Assembly: GCA_964016885.1 (NCBI GenBank)
Contig: OZ024757.1
Location: forward strand, 7,440,001 to 7,504,000
DNA: 64,000 bases
Direction: 5' to 3'
Origin: Eledone cirrhosa
Lineage: Eukaryota
In this document: positions 15,001-30,000 of the stretch, in pieces
How positions within the stretch are numbered: the stretch's first letter is position 1
How the letters are laid out: each line of letters starts with the position of its first letter
Made by a program: the position numbers and the translations under genes
Notes under the pieces: model-generated
Seen by the model: only the letters and a program-made list of their open reading frames with translations
What the model was told of the DNA's origin: nothing
Database searches by the model: none

Positions 15001-18000
15001 TATCAGACGTAGTGTACCTAGGACTACATTATCTAATCTACAGTATAGTGGCTATCAGACATAGTGTATCTAAGACTACATTGTCTAATCTACAGTATAG
15101 TGGCTATCAGACATAGTGTATCTAGGAATACATTATATAATGTACAGTATAGTGGCTATCAGACATAGTGTATCTAAGACTACATTATCTAATGTACAGT
15201 ATAGTGGCTATCAGACGTAGTGTACCTAGGACTACATTATCTAATCTACAGTATAGTGGCTATCAGACATAGTGTATCTAAGACTACATTATCTAATCTA
15301 CAGTATAGTGGCTATCAGACATAGTGTATCTAGGACTACATTATATAATGTACAGTATAGTGGCTATCAGACATAGTGTATCTAAGACTACATTATCTAA
15401 TGTACAGTATAGTGGCTATCAGACATAGTGTACCTAGGATTACATTATCTAATGTACAGTATAGTGGCTATCAGATATAGTGTATCTAGGACTACATTAT
15501 CTAATGTACAGTATAGTGGCTATCAGACGTAGTGTACCTAGGACTACATTATCTAATCTACAGTATAGTGGCTATCAGACATAGTGTATCTAAGACTACA
15601 TTATCTAATGTACAGTATAGTGGCTATCAGACATAGTGTATCTAGGACTACATTATCTAATGTACAGTATAGTGTCTATCAGACATAGTGTATCTAGGAC
15701 TACATTATCTAATGTACAGTATAGTGGCTATCAGACATAGTGTATCTATGACTACATTATATAATGTACAGTATAGTGGCTATCAGACATAGTGTATCTA
15801 AGACTACATTATCTAATGTACAGTATAGTGGCTATCAGACAGTGTACTTAGGACTACATTATCTAATGTACAGTATAGTAGCTATCAGACATAGTGTACT
15901 TAGGACTACATTATCTAATGTACAGTATAGTGGCTATCAAACATAGTGTACCTAGGACTACATAATCTAATGTACAGTATAGTGGCTATCAGACATAGTG
16001 TACCTAGGACTACATTATATAATGTACAGTATAGTGGCTATCAGATATAGTGTATCTAGGACTACATTATCTAATGTAGAGTATAGTGGCTATCAGATAT
16101 AGTGTATCTAGGACTACATTATCTAATGTACAGTATAGTGGCTATCAGACATAGTGTATCTAGGACTACATTATCTAATGTACAGTATAGTGGCTATCAG
16201 ATATAGTGTACCTAGACTACATTATGTAATGTACAGTATAGTGGCTATCAAACATAGTGTACCTAGGACTACATTATCTAATGTACAGTATAGTGGCTAT
16301 CAGATATAGTGTACATAGACTACATTATGTAATGTACAGTATAGTGTCTATCAGACAGAGTGTACCTAGGACTACATTATCTAATGTACAGTATAGTGGC
16401 TATCAGACATAGTGTATCTATGACTACATTATCTAATGTACAGTATAGTGGCTATCAGACATAGTGTACCTAGGACTACATTATCTAATGTACAGTATAG
16501 TGGCTATCAGACAGTGTACTTAGGACTACATTATCTAATGTACAGTATAGTAGCTATCAGACATAGTGTACTTAGGACTACATTATCTAATGTACAGTAT
16601 AGTGTCTATCAGACATAGTGTACCTAGGACTACATTATATAATGTACAGTATAGTGGCTTTCAGACATAGTGTATCTAGGACTACATTATCTAATGTACA
16701 GTATAGTGTCTATCAGATATAGTGTACCTAGGACTACATTATCTAATGTACAGTATAGTGGCTATCAGACATAGTGTATCTAGGACTACATTATATAATG
16801 TACAGTATAGTGGCCATCAGATATAGTGTACCTAGGACTACATTATCTAATGTACACTATAGTGGCTATCAGACATAGTGTACCTAGGACTACATTATCT
16901 AATGTACAGTATAGTGGCTATCAGACATAGTGTATATAGGACTACATTATATAATGTACAGTATAGTGTCTATCAGACATAGTGTACCTCGGACTACATT
17001 ATCTAATGTACAGTATAGTGGCTATAAAAAACAGTGTACCTAGGACTACATTATCTAATGTACAGTATAGTGGCTATCAGACATAGTGTACCTAGGACTA
17101 CATTATCTAATGTACAGTATAGTGGCTATCAGACATAGTGTACCTAGGACTACATTATATAATGTACAGTATAGTGGCTATCAAATATAGTGTATCTAGG
17201 ACTACATTATCTAATGTACAGTATAGTGGCTATCAGACATAGTGTATCTAGGACTACATTATCTAATGTACAGTATAGTGGCTATCAGACATAGTGTACC
17301 TAGGACTACATTATCTAATGTACAGTATAGTGGCTATCAGACAGTGTACTTAGGACTACATTATCTAATGTACAGTATAGTGGCTATCAGACATAGTGTA
17401 TCTAGGACTACATTATCTAATGTACAGTATAGTGTCTATCAGACATAGTGTATCTAGGACTACATTATCTAATGTACAGTATAGTGGCTATCAGATATAG
17501 TGTACCTAGGACTACATTATCTAATGTACAGTATACTGGCTATCAGACATAGTGTACCTAAGACTACATTATCTAATGTACAGTATAGTGGCTATCAGAC
17601 ATAGTGTATCTAGGACTACATTATCTAATGTACAGTATAGTGGCTATCAGACGTAGTGTACCTAGGACTACATTGTATAATGTACAGTATAGTGGCTATC
17701 AGACATAGTGTATCTAGGACTACATTATCTAATGTACAGTATAGTGGCTATCAGACATAGTGTACCTAGGACTACATTATCTAATGTACAGTATAGTAGC
17801 TATCAGACATAGTGTACTTAGGACTACATTATCTAATGTACAGTATAGTGTCTATCAGACATAGTGTACCTAGGACTACATTATATAATGTACAGTATAG
17901 TGGCTATCAGACATAGTGTATCTAGGACTACATTATCTAATGTACAGTATAGTGGCTATCAGATATAGTGTACCTAGGACTACATTATCTAATGTACAGT

Positions 18001-21000
18001 ATAGTGTCTATCAGATATAGTGTACCTAGGACTACATTATCTAATGTACAGTATAGTGGCTATCAGACATAGTGTACCTAGGACTACATTATCTAATGTA
18101 CAGTATAGTGGCTATCAGACATAGTGTATATAGGACTACATTATATAATGTACAGTATAGTGTCTGTCAGACATAGTGTACCTCGGACTACATTATCTAA
18201 TGTACAGTATAGTGGCTATAAAAACAGTGTACCTAGGACTACATTATCTAATGTACAGTATAGTGGCTATAAAAACAGTGTACCTAGGACTACATTATCT
18301 AATGTACAGTATAGTGGCTATCAGACATAGTGTACCTAGGACTACATTATCTAATGTACAGTATAGTGGCTATCAGACATAGTGTACCTAGGACTACATT
18401 ATATAATGTACAGTATAGTGGCTATCAAATATAGTGTGTCTAGGACTACATTATCTAATGTACAGTATAGTGGCTATCAGACATAGTGTATCTAGGACTA
18501 CATTATCTAATGTACAGTATAGTGGCTATCAGACATAGTGTACCTAGGACTACATTATCTAATGTACAGTATAGTGGCTATCAGACAGTGTACTTAGGAC
18601 TACATTATCTAATGTACAGTATAGTGGCTATCAGACATAGTGTATCTAGGACTACATTATCTAATGTACAGTATAGTGTCTATCAGACATAGTGTATCTA
18701 GGACTACATTATCTAATGTACAGTATAGTGGCTATCAGACATAGTGTACCTAGGACTACATTATCTAATGTACAGTATAGTGGCTATCAGATATAGTGTA
18801 CCTAGGACTACATTATCTAATGTACAGTATACTGGCTATCAGACATAGTGTACCTAAGACTACATTATCTAATGTACAGTATAGTGGCTATCAGACATAG
18901 TGTATCTAGGACTACATTATCTAATGTACAGTATAGTGGCTATCAGACATAGTGTACCTAGGACTACATTGTATAATGTACAGTATAGTGGCTATCAGAC
19001 ATAGTGTATCTAGGACTACATTATCTAATGTACAGTATAGTGGCTATCAGACATAGTGTACCTAGGACTACATTATCTAATGTACAGTATAGTAGCTATC
19101 AGATATAGTGTACTTAGGACTACATTATCTAATGTACAGTATAGTGTCTATCAGACATAGTGTACCTAGGACTACATTATATAATGTACAGTATAGTGGC
19201 TATCAGACATAGTGTATCTAGGACTACATTATCTAATGTACAGTATAGTGGCTATCAGACATAGTGTACCTAGGACTACATTATCTAATGTACAGTATAG
19301 TAGCTATCAGATATAGTGTACTTAGGACTACATTATCTAATGTACAGTATAGTGTCTATCAGACATAGTGTACCTATGACTACATTATATAATGTACAGT
19401 ATAGTGGCTATCAGACATAGTGTATCTAGGACTACATTATCTAATGTACAGTATAGTGGCTATCAAACATAGTGTACCTAGGACTACATAATCTAATGTA
19501 CAGTATAGTGGCTATCAGACATAGTGTACCTAGGACTACATTATATAATGTACAGTATAGTGGCTATCAGATATAGTGTATCTAGGACTACATTATCTAA
19601 TGTAGAGTATAGTGGCTATCAGATATAGTGTATCTAGGACTACATTATCTAATGTACAGTATAGTGGCTATCAGACATAGTGTATCTAGGACTACATTAT
19701 CTAATGTACAGTATAGTGGCTATCAGATATAGTGTACCTAGACTACATTATGTAATGTACAGTATAGTGGCTATCAAACATAGTGTACCTAGGACTACAT
19801 TATCTAATGTACAGTATAGTGGCTATCAGATATAGTGTACATAGACTACATTATGTAATGTACAGTATAGTGTCTATCAGACAGAGTGTACCTAGGACTA
19901 CATTATCTAATGTACACTATAGTGGCTATCAGACATAGTGTATCTAGGACTACATTATCTAATGTACAGTATAGTGTCTATCAGACATAGTGTATCTAGG
20001 ACTACATTATCTAATGTACAGTATAGTGGCTATCAGACATAGTGTACCTAGGACTACATTATCTAATGTACAGTATAGTGGCTATCAGATACAGTGTACC
20101 TAGGACTACATTATCTAATGTACAGTATACTGGCTATCAGACATAGTGTACCTAGGACTACATTATCTAATGTACAGTATAGTGGCTATCAGACATAGTG
20201 TACCTAGGACTACATTATCTAATGTACAGTATAGTAGCTATCAGACATAGTGTACCTAGGACTACATTATCTAATGTACAGTATAGTGGCTATCAGACAT
20301 AGTGTATCTAGGACTACATTATCTAATGTACAGTATAGTGGCTATCAGACATAGTGTACCTAGGACTACATTATCTAATGTACAGTATAGTGGCTATCAG
20401 ACAGTGTACTTAGGACTACATTATCTAATGTACAGTATAGTAGCTATCAGACATAGTGTACTTAGGACTACATTATCTAATGTACAGTATAGTGTCTATC
20501 AGACATAGTGTACCTAGGACTACATTATATAATGTACAGTATAGTGGCTTTCAGACATAGTGTATCTAGGACTACATTATCTAATGTACAGTATAGTGGC
20601 CATCAGATATAGTGTACCTAGGACTACATTATCTAATGTACAGTATAGTGGCTATCAGACATAGTGTACCTAGGACTACATTATCTAATGTACAGTATAG
20701 TGGCTATCAGACATAGTGTATATAGGACTACATTATATAATGTACAGTATAGTGTCTATCAGACATAGTGTACCTCGGACTACATTATCTAATGTACAGT
20801 ATAGTGGCTATAAAAAACAGTGTACCTAGGACTACATTATCTAATGTACAGTATAGTGGCTATCAGACATAGTGTACCTAGGACTACATTATCTAATGTA
20901 CAGTATAGTGGCTATCAGACATAGTGTACCTAGGACTACATTATATAATGTACAGTATAGTGGCTATCAAATATAGTGTATCTAGGACTACATTATCTAA

Positions 21001-24000
21001 TGTACAGTATAGTGGCTATCAGACATAGTGTATCTAGGACTACATTATCTAATGTACAGTATAGTGGCTATCAGACATAGTGTACCTAGGACTACATTAT
21101 CTAATGTACAGTATAGTGGCTATCAGACAGTGTACTTAGGACTACATTATCTAATGTACAGTATAGTGGCTATCAGACATAGTGTATCTAGGACTACATT
21201 ATCTAATGTACAGTATAGTGTCTATCAGACATAGTGTATCTAGGACTACATTATCTAATGTACAGTATAGTGGCTATCAGATATAGTGTACCTAGGACTA
21301 CATTATCTAATGTACAGTATACTGGCTATCAGACATAGTGTACCTAAGACTACATTATCTAATGTACAGTATAGTGGCTATCAGACATAGTGTATCTAGG
21401 ACTACATTATCTAATGTACAGTATAGTGGCTATCAGACGTAGTGTACCTAGGACTACATTGTATAATGTACAGTATAGTGGCTATCAGACATAGTGTATC
21501 TAGGACTACATTATCTAATGTACAGTATAGTGGCTATCAGACATAGTGTACCTAGGACTACATTATCTAATGTACAGTATAGTAGCTATCAGACATAGTG
21601 TACTTAGGACTACATTATCTAATGTACAGTATAGTGTCTATCAGACATAGTGTACCTAGGACTACATTATATAATGTACAGTATAGTGGCTATCAGACAT
21701 AGTGTATCTAGGACTACATTATCTAATGTACAGTATAGTGGCTATCAGATATAGTGTACCTAGGACTACATTATCTAATGTACAGTATAGTGTCTATCAG
21801 ATATAGTGTACCTAGGACTACATTATCTAATGTACAGTATAGTGGCTATCAGACATAGTGTACCTAGGACTACATTATCTAATGTACAGTATAGTGGCTA
21901 TCAGACATAGTGTATATAGGACTACATTATATAATGTACAGTATAGTGTCTGTCAGACATAGTGTACCTCGGACTACATTATCTAATGTACAGTATAGTG
22001 GCTATAGAAACAGTGTACCTAGGACTACATTATCTAATGTACAGTATAGTGGCTATAAAAACAGTGTACCTAGGACTACATTATCTAATGTACAGTATAG
22101 TGGCTATCAGACATAGTGTACCTAGGACTACATTATCTAATGTACAGTATAGTGGCTATCAGACATAGTGTACCTAGGACTACATTATATAATGTACAGT
22201 ATAGTGGCTATCAAATATAGTGTGTCTAGGACTACATTATCTAATGTACAGTATAGTGGCTATCAGACATAGTGTATGTAGGACTACATTATCTAATGTA
22301 CAGTATAGTGGCTATCAGACATAGTGTACCTAGGACTACATTATCTAATGTACAGTATAGTGGCTATCAGACAGTGTACTTAGGACTACATTATCTAATG
22401 TACAGTATAGTGGCTATCAGACATAGTGTATCTAGGACTACATTATCTAATGTACAGTATAGTGTCTATCAGACATAGTGTATCTAGGACTACATTATCT
22501 AATGTACAGTATAGTGGCTATCAGACATAGTGTACCTAGGACTACATTATCTAATGTACAGTATAGTGGCTATCAGATATAGTGTACCTAGGACTACATT
22601 ATCTAATGTACAGTATACTGGCTATCAGACATAGTGTACCTAAGACTACATTATCTAATGTACAGTATAGTGGCTATCAGACATAGTGTATCTAGGACTA
22701 CATTATCTAATGTACAGTATAGTGGCTATCAGACATAGTGTACCTAGGACTACATTGTATAATGTACAGTATAGTGGCTATCAGACATAGTGTATCTAGG
22801 ACTACATTATCTAATGTACAGTATAGTGGCTATCAGACATAGTGTACCTAGGACTACATTATCTAATGTACAGTATAGTAGCTATCAGATATAGTGTACT
22901 TAGGACTACATTATCTAATGTACAGTATAGTGTCTATCAGACATAGTGTACCTAGGACTACATTATATAATGTACAGTATAGTGGCTATCAGACATAGTG
23001 TATCTAGGACTACATTATCTAATGTACAGTATAGTGGCTATCAGATATAGTGTACCTAGGACTACATTATCTAATGTACAGTATAGTGTCTATCAGATAT
23101 AGTGTACCTAGGACTACATTATCTAATGTACAGTATAGTGGCTATCAGACATAGTGTACCTAGGACTACATTATCTAATGTACAGTATAGTGGCTATCAG
23201 ACATAGTGTATATAGGACTACATTATATAATGTACAGTATAGTGTCTGTCAGACATAGTGTACCTCGGACTACATTATCTAATGTACAGTATAGTGGCTA
23301 TAAAAACAGTGTACCTAGGACTACATTATCTAATGTACAGTATAGTGGCTATAAAAACAGTGTACCTAGGACTACATTATCTAATGTACAGTATAGTGGC
23401 TATCAGACATAGTGTACCTAGGACTACATTATCTAATGTACAGTATAGTGGCTATCAGACATAGTGTACCTAGGACTACATTATATAATGTACAGTATAG
23501 TGGCTATCAGACATAGTGTATCTAAGACTACATTATCTAATCTACAGTATAGTGGCTATCAGACATAGTGTATCTAGGACTACATTATATAATGTACAGT
23601 ATATTGGCTATCAGACATAGTGTATCTAAGACTACATTATCTAATGTACAGTATAGTGGCTATCAGTCATAGTGTACCTAGGACTACATTATCTAATGTA
23701 CAGTATAGTGGCTATCAGATATAGTGTATCTAGGACTACATTATCTAATGTACAGTATAGTGGCTATCAGACGTAGTGTACCTAGGATTACATTATCTAA
23801 TCTACAGTATAGTGGCTATCAGACATAGTGTATCTAAGACTACATTATCTAATGTACAGTATAGTGGCTATCAGACATAGTGTATCTAGGACTACATTAT
23901 CTAATGTACAGTATAGTGTCTATCAGACATAGTGTATCTAGGACTACATTATCTAATGTACAGTATAGTGGCTATCAGACATAGTGTATCTAGGACTACA

Positions 24001-27000
24001 TTATCTAATCTACAGTATAGTGGCTATCAGACATAGTGTACCTAGGACTACATTATCTAATGTACAGTATAGTGGCTATCAGACATAGTGTACCTAGGGC
24101 TACATTATATAACGTACAGTATAGTGGCTATCAGACATAGTGTACCTAGGACTACATTATCTAATGTACAGTATAGTGGCTATCAGACATAGTGTATATA
24201 GGACTACATTATATAATGTACAGTATAGTGTCTGTCAGACATAGTGTACCTCGGACTACATTATCTAATGTACAGTATAGTGGCTATAAAAACAGTGTAC
24301 CTAGGACTACATTATCTAATGTACAGTATAGTGGCTATAAAAACAGTGTACCTAGGACTACATTATCTAATGTACAGTCTAGTGGCTATCAGACATAGTG
24401 TACCTAGGACTACATTATCTAATGTACAGTATAGTGGCTATCAGACAGTGTACTTAGGACTACATTATTTAATGTACAGTATAGTGGCTATCAGACATAG
24501 TGTATCTAGGACTACATTATCTAATGTACAGTATAGTGTCTATCAGACATAGTGTATCTAGGACTACATTATCTAATGTACAGTATAGTGGCTATCAGAC
24601 ATAGTGTACCTAGGACTACATTATCTAATGTACAGTATAGTGGCTATCAGATATAGTGTACCTAGGACTACATTATCTAATGTACAGTATACTGGCTATC
24701 AGACATAGTGTACCTGAGACTACATTATCTAATGTACAGTATAGTGGCTATCAGACATAGTGTATCTAGGACTACATTATCTAATGTACAGTATAGTGGC
24801 TATCAGACATAGTGTACCTAGGACTACATTGTATAATGTACAGTATAGTGGCTATCAGACATAGTGTATCTAGGACTACATTATCTAATGTACAGTATAG
24901 TGGCTATCAGACATAGTGTACCTAGGACTACATTATCTAATGTACAGTATAGTAGCTATCAGACATAGTGTACTTAGGACTACATTATCTAATGTACAGT
25001 ATAGTGTCTATCAGACATAGTGTACCTAGGACTACATTATATAATGTACAGTATAGTGGCTATCAGACATAGTGTATCTAGGACTACATTATCTAATGTA
25101 CAGTATAGTGGCTATCAGATATAGTGTACCTAGGACTACATTATCTAATGTACAGTATAGTGTCTATCAGATATAGTGTACCTAGGACTACATTATCTAA
25201 TGTACAGTATAGTGGCTATCAGACATAGTGTACCTAGGACTACATTATCTAATGTACAGTATAGTGGCTATCAGACATAGTGTATATAGGACTACATTAT
25301 CTAATGTACAGTATAGTGGCTATAAAAACAGTGTACCTAGGACTACATTATCTAATGTACAGTATAGTGGCTATAAAAACAGTGTACCTAGGACTACATT
25401 ATCTAATGTACAGTATAGTGGCTATCAGACATAGTGTACCTAGGACTACATTATCTAATGTACAGTATAGTGGCTATCAGACATAGTGTACCTAGGACTA
25501 CATTATATAATGTACAGTATAGTGGCTATCAAATATAGTGTATCTAGGACTACATTATCTAATGTACAGTATAGTGGCTATCAGACATAGTGTATCTAGG
25601 ACTACATTATCTAATGTACAGTATAGTGGCTATCAGACATAGTGTACCTAGGACTACATTATCTAATGTACAGTATAGTGGCTATCAGACAGTGTACTTA
25701 GGACTACATTATCTAATGTACAGTATAGTGGCTATCAGACATAGTGTATCTAGGACTACATTATCTAATGTACAGTATAGTGTCTATCAGACATAGTGTA
25801 TCTAGGACTACATTATCTAATGTACAGTATAGTGGCTATCAGACATAGTGTACCTAGGACTACATTATCTAATGTACAGTATAGTGGCTATCAGATATAG
25901 TGTACCTAGGACTACATTATCTAATGTACAGTATACTGGCTATCAGACATAGTGTACCTAAGACTACATTATCTAATGTACAGTATAGTGGCTATCAGAC
26001 ATAGTGTATCTAGGACTACATTATCTAATGTACAGTATAGTGGCTATCAGACATAGTGTACCTAGGACTACATTGTATAATGTACAGTATAGTGGCTATC
26101 AGACATAGTGTATCTAGGACTACATTATCTAATGTACAGTATAGTGGCTATCAGACATAGTGTACCTAGGACTACATTATCTAATGTACAGTATAGTGGC
26201 TATCAGACAGTGTACTTAGGACTACATTATTTAATGTACAGTATAGTGGCTATCAGACATAGTGTATCTAGGACTACATTATCTAATGTACAGTATAGTG
26301 TCTATCAGACATAGTGTATCTAGGACTACATTATCTAATGTACAGTATAGTGGCTATCAGACATAGTGTACCTAGGACTACATTATCTAATGTACAGTAT
26401 AGTGGCTATCAGATATAGTGTACCTAGGACTACATTATCTAATGTACAGTATACTGGCTATCAGACATAGTGTACCTAAGACTACATTATCTAATGTACA
26501 GTATAGTGGCTATCAGACATAGTGTATCTAGGACTACATTATCTAATGTACAGTATAGTGGCTATCAGACATAGTGTACCTAGGACTACATTGTATAATG
26601 TACAGTATAGTGGCTATCAGACATAGTGTATCTAGGACTACATTATCTAATGTACAGTATAGTGGCTATCAGACATAGTGTACCTAGGACTACATTATCT
26701 AATGTACAGTATAGTAGCTATCAGACATAGTGTACTTAGGACTACATTATCTAATGTACAGTATAGTGTCTATCAGACATAGTGTACCTAGGACTACATT
26801 ATATAATGTACAGTATAGTGGCTATCAGACATAGTGTATCTAGGACTACATTATCTAATGTACAGTATAGTGGCTATCAGATATAGTGTACCTAGGACTA
26901 CATTATCTAATGTACAGTATAGTGTCTATCAGATATAGTGTACCTAGGACTACATTATCTAATGTACAGTATAGTGGCTATCAGACATAGTGTACCTAGG

Positions 27001-30000
27001 ACTACATTATCTAATGTACAGTATAGTGGCTATCAGACATAGTGTATATAGGACTACATTATCTAATGTACAGTATAGTGGCTATAAAAACAGTGTACCT
27101 AGGACTACATTATCTAATGTACAGTATAGTGGCTATAAAAACAGTGTACCTAGGACTACATTATCTAATGTACAGTATAGTGGCTATCAGACATAGTGTA
27201 CCTAGGACTACATTATCTAATGTACAGTATAGTGGCTATCAGACATAGTGTACCTAGGACTACATTATATAATGTACAGTATAGTGGCTATCAAATATAG
27301 TGTATCTAGGACTACATTATCTAATGTACAGTATAGTGGCTATCAGACATAGTGTATCTAGGACTACATTATCTAATGTACAGTATAGTGGCTATCAGAC
27401 ATAGTGTACCTAGGACTACATTATCTAATGTACAGTATAGTGGCTATCAGACAGTGTACTTAGGACTACATTATCTAATGTACAGTATAGTGGCTATCAG
27501 ACATAGTGTATCTAGGACTACATTATCTAATGTACAGTATAGTGGCTATCAGACATAGTGTACCTAGGACTACATTATCTAATGTACAGTATAGTGGCTA
27601 TCAGACATAGTGTATATAGGACTACATTATCTAATGTACAGTATAGTGGCTATAAAAACAGTGTACCTAGGACTACATTATCTAATGTACAGTATAGTGG
27701 CTATAAAAACAGTGTACCTAGGACTACATTATCTAATGTACAGTATAGTGGCTATCAGACATAGTGTACCTAGGACTACATTATCTAATGTACAGTATAG
27801 TGGCTATCAGATATAGTGTACCTAGGACTACATTATCTAATGTACAGTATACTGGCTATCAGACATAGTGTACCTAAGACTACATTATCTAATGTACAGT
27901 ATAGTGGCTATCAGACATAGTGTATCTAGGACTACATTATCTAATGTACAGTATAGTGGCTATCAGACATAGTGTACCTAGGACTACATTGTATAATGTA
28001 CAGTATAGTGGCTATCAGACATAGTGTATCTAGGACTACATTATCTAATGTACAGTATAGTGGCTATCAGACATAGTGTACCTAGGACTACATTATCTAA
28101 TGTACAGTATAGTAGCTATCAGACATAGTGTACTTAGGACTACATTATCTAATGTACAGTATAGTGTCTATCAGACATAGTGTACCTAGGACTACATTAT
28201 ATAATGTACAGTATAGTGGCTATCAGACATAGTGTATCTAGGACTACATTATCTAATGTACAGTATAGTGGCTATCAGATATAGTGTACCTAGGACTACA
28301 TTATCTAATGCACAGTATAGTGTCTATCGGATATAGTGTACCTAGGACTACATTATCTAATGTACAGTATAGTGGCTATCAGACATAGTGTACCTAGGAC
28401 TACATTATCTAATGTACAGTATAGTGGCTATCAGACATAGTGTATATAGGACTACATTATATAATGTACAGTATAGTGTCTGTCAGACATAGTGTACCTC
28501 GGACTACATTATCTAATGTACAGTATAGTGGCTATAAAAACAGTGTACCTAGGACTACATTATCTAATGTACAGTATAGTGGCTATAAAAACAGTGTACC
28601 TAGGACTACATTATCTAATGTACAGTATAGTGGCTATCAGACATAGTGTACCTAGGACTACATTATCTAATGTACAGTATAGTGGCTATCAGACATAGTG
28701 TACCTAAGACTACATTATATAATGTACAGTATAGTGGCTATCAGACATAGTGTATCTAAGACTACATTATCTAATCTACAGTATAGTGGCTATCAGACAT
28801 AGTGTATCTAGGACTACATTATATAATGTACAGTATAGTGGCTATCAGACATAGTGTATCTAAGACTACATTATCTAATGTACAGTATAGTGGCTATCAG
28901 ACATAGTGTACCTAGGACTACATTATCTAATGTACAGTATAGTGGCTATCAGATATAGTGTATCTAGGACTACATTATCTAATGTACAGTATAGTGGCTA
29001 TCAGACGTAGTGTACCTAGGATTACATTATCTAATCTACAGTATAGTGGCTATCAGACATAGTGTATCTAAGACTACATTATCTAATGTACAGTATAGTG
29101 GCTATCAGACATAGTGTATCTAGGACTACATTATCTAATGTACACTATAGTGTCTATCAGACATAGTGTATCTAGGACTACATTATCTAATGTACAGTAT
29201 AGTGGCTATCAGACATAGTGTATCTAGGACTACATTATCTAATCTACAGTATAGTGGCTATCAGACATAGTGTACCTAGGACTACATTATCTAATGTACA
29301 GTATAGTGGCTATCAGACATAGTGTACCTAGGGCTACATTATATAACGTACAGTATAGTGGCTATCAGACATAGTGTATATAGGACTACATTATCTAATG
29401 TACAGTATAGTGTCTATCAGACATAGTGTATCTAGGACTACATTATCTAATGTACAGTATAGTGGCTATCAGACATAGTGTATCTAGGACTACATTATCT
29501 AATCTACAGTATAGTGGCTATCAGACATAGTGTACCTAGGACTACATTATCTAATGTACAGTATAGTGGCTATCAGACATAGTGTATATAGGACTACATT
29601 ATATAATGTACAGTATAGTGTCTGTCAGACATAGTGTACCTCGGACTACATTATCTAATGTACAGTATAGTGGCTATAAAAACAGTGTACCTAGGACTAC
29701 ATTATCTAATGTACAGTATAGTGGCTATAAAAACAGTGTACCTAGGACTACATTATCTAATGTACAGTCTAGTGGCTATCAGACATAGTGTACCTAGGAC
29801 TACATTATCTAATGTACAGTATAGTGGCTATCAGACAGTGTACTTAGGACTACATTATTTAATGTACAGTATAGTGGCTATCAGACATAGTGTATCTAGG
29901 ACTACATTATCTAATGTACAGTATAGTGTCTATCAGACATAGTGTATCTAGGACTACATTATCTAATGTACAGTATAGTGGCTATCAGACATAGTGTACC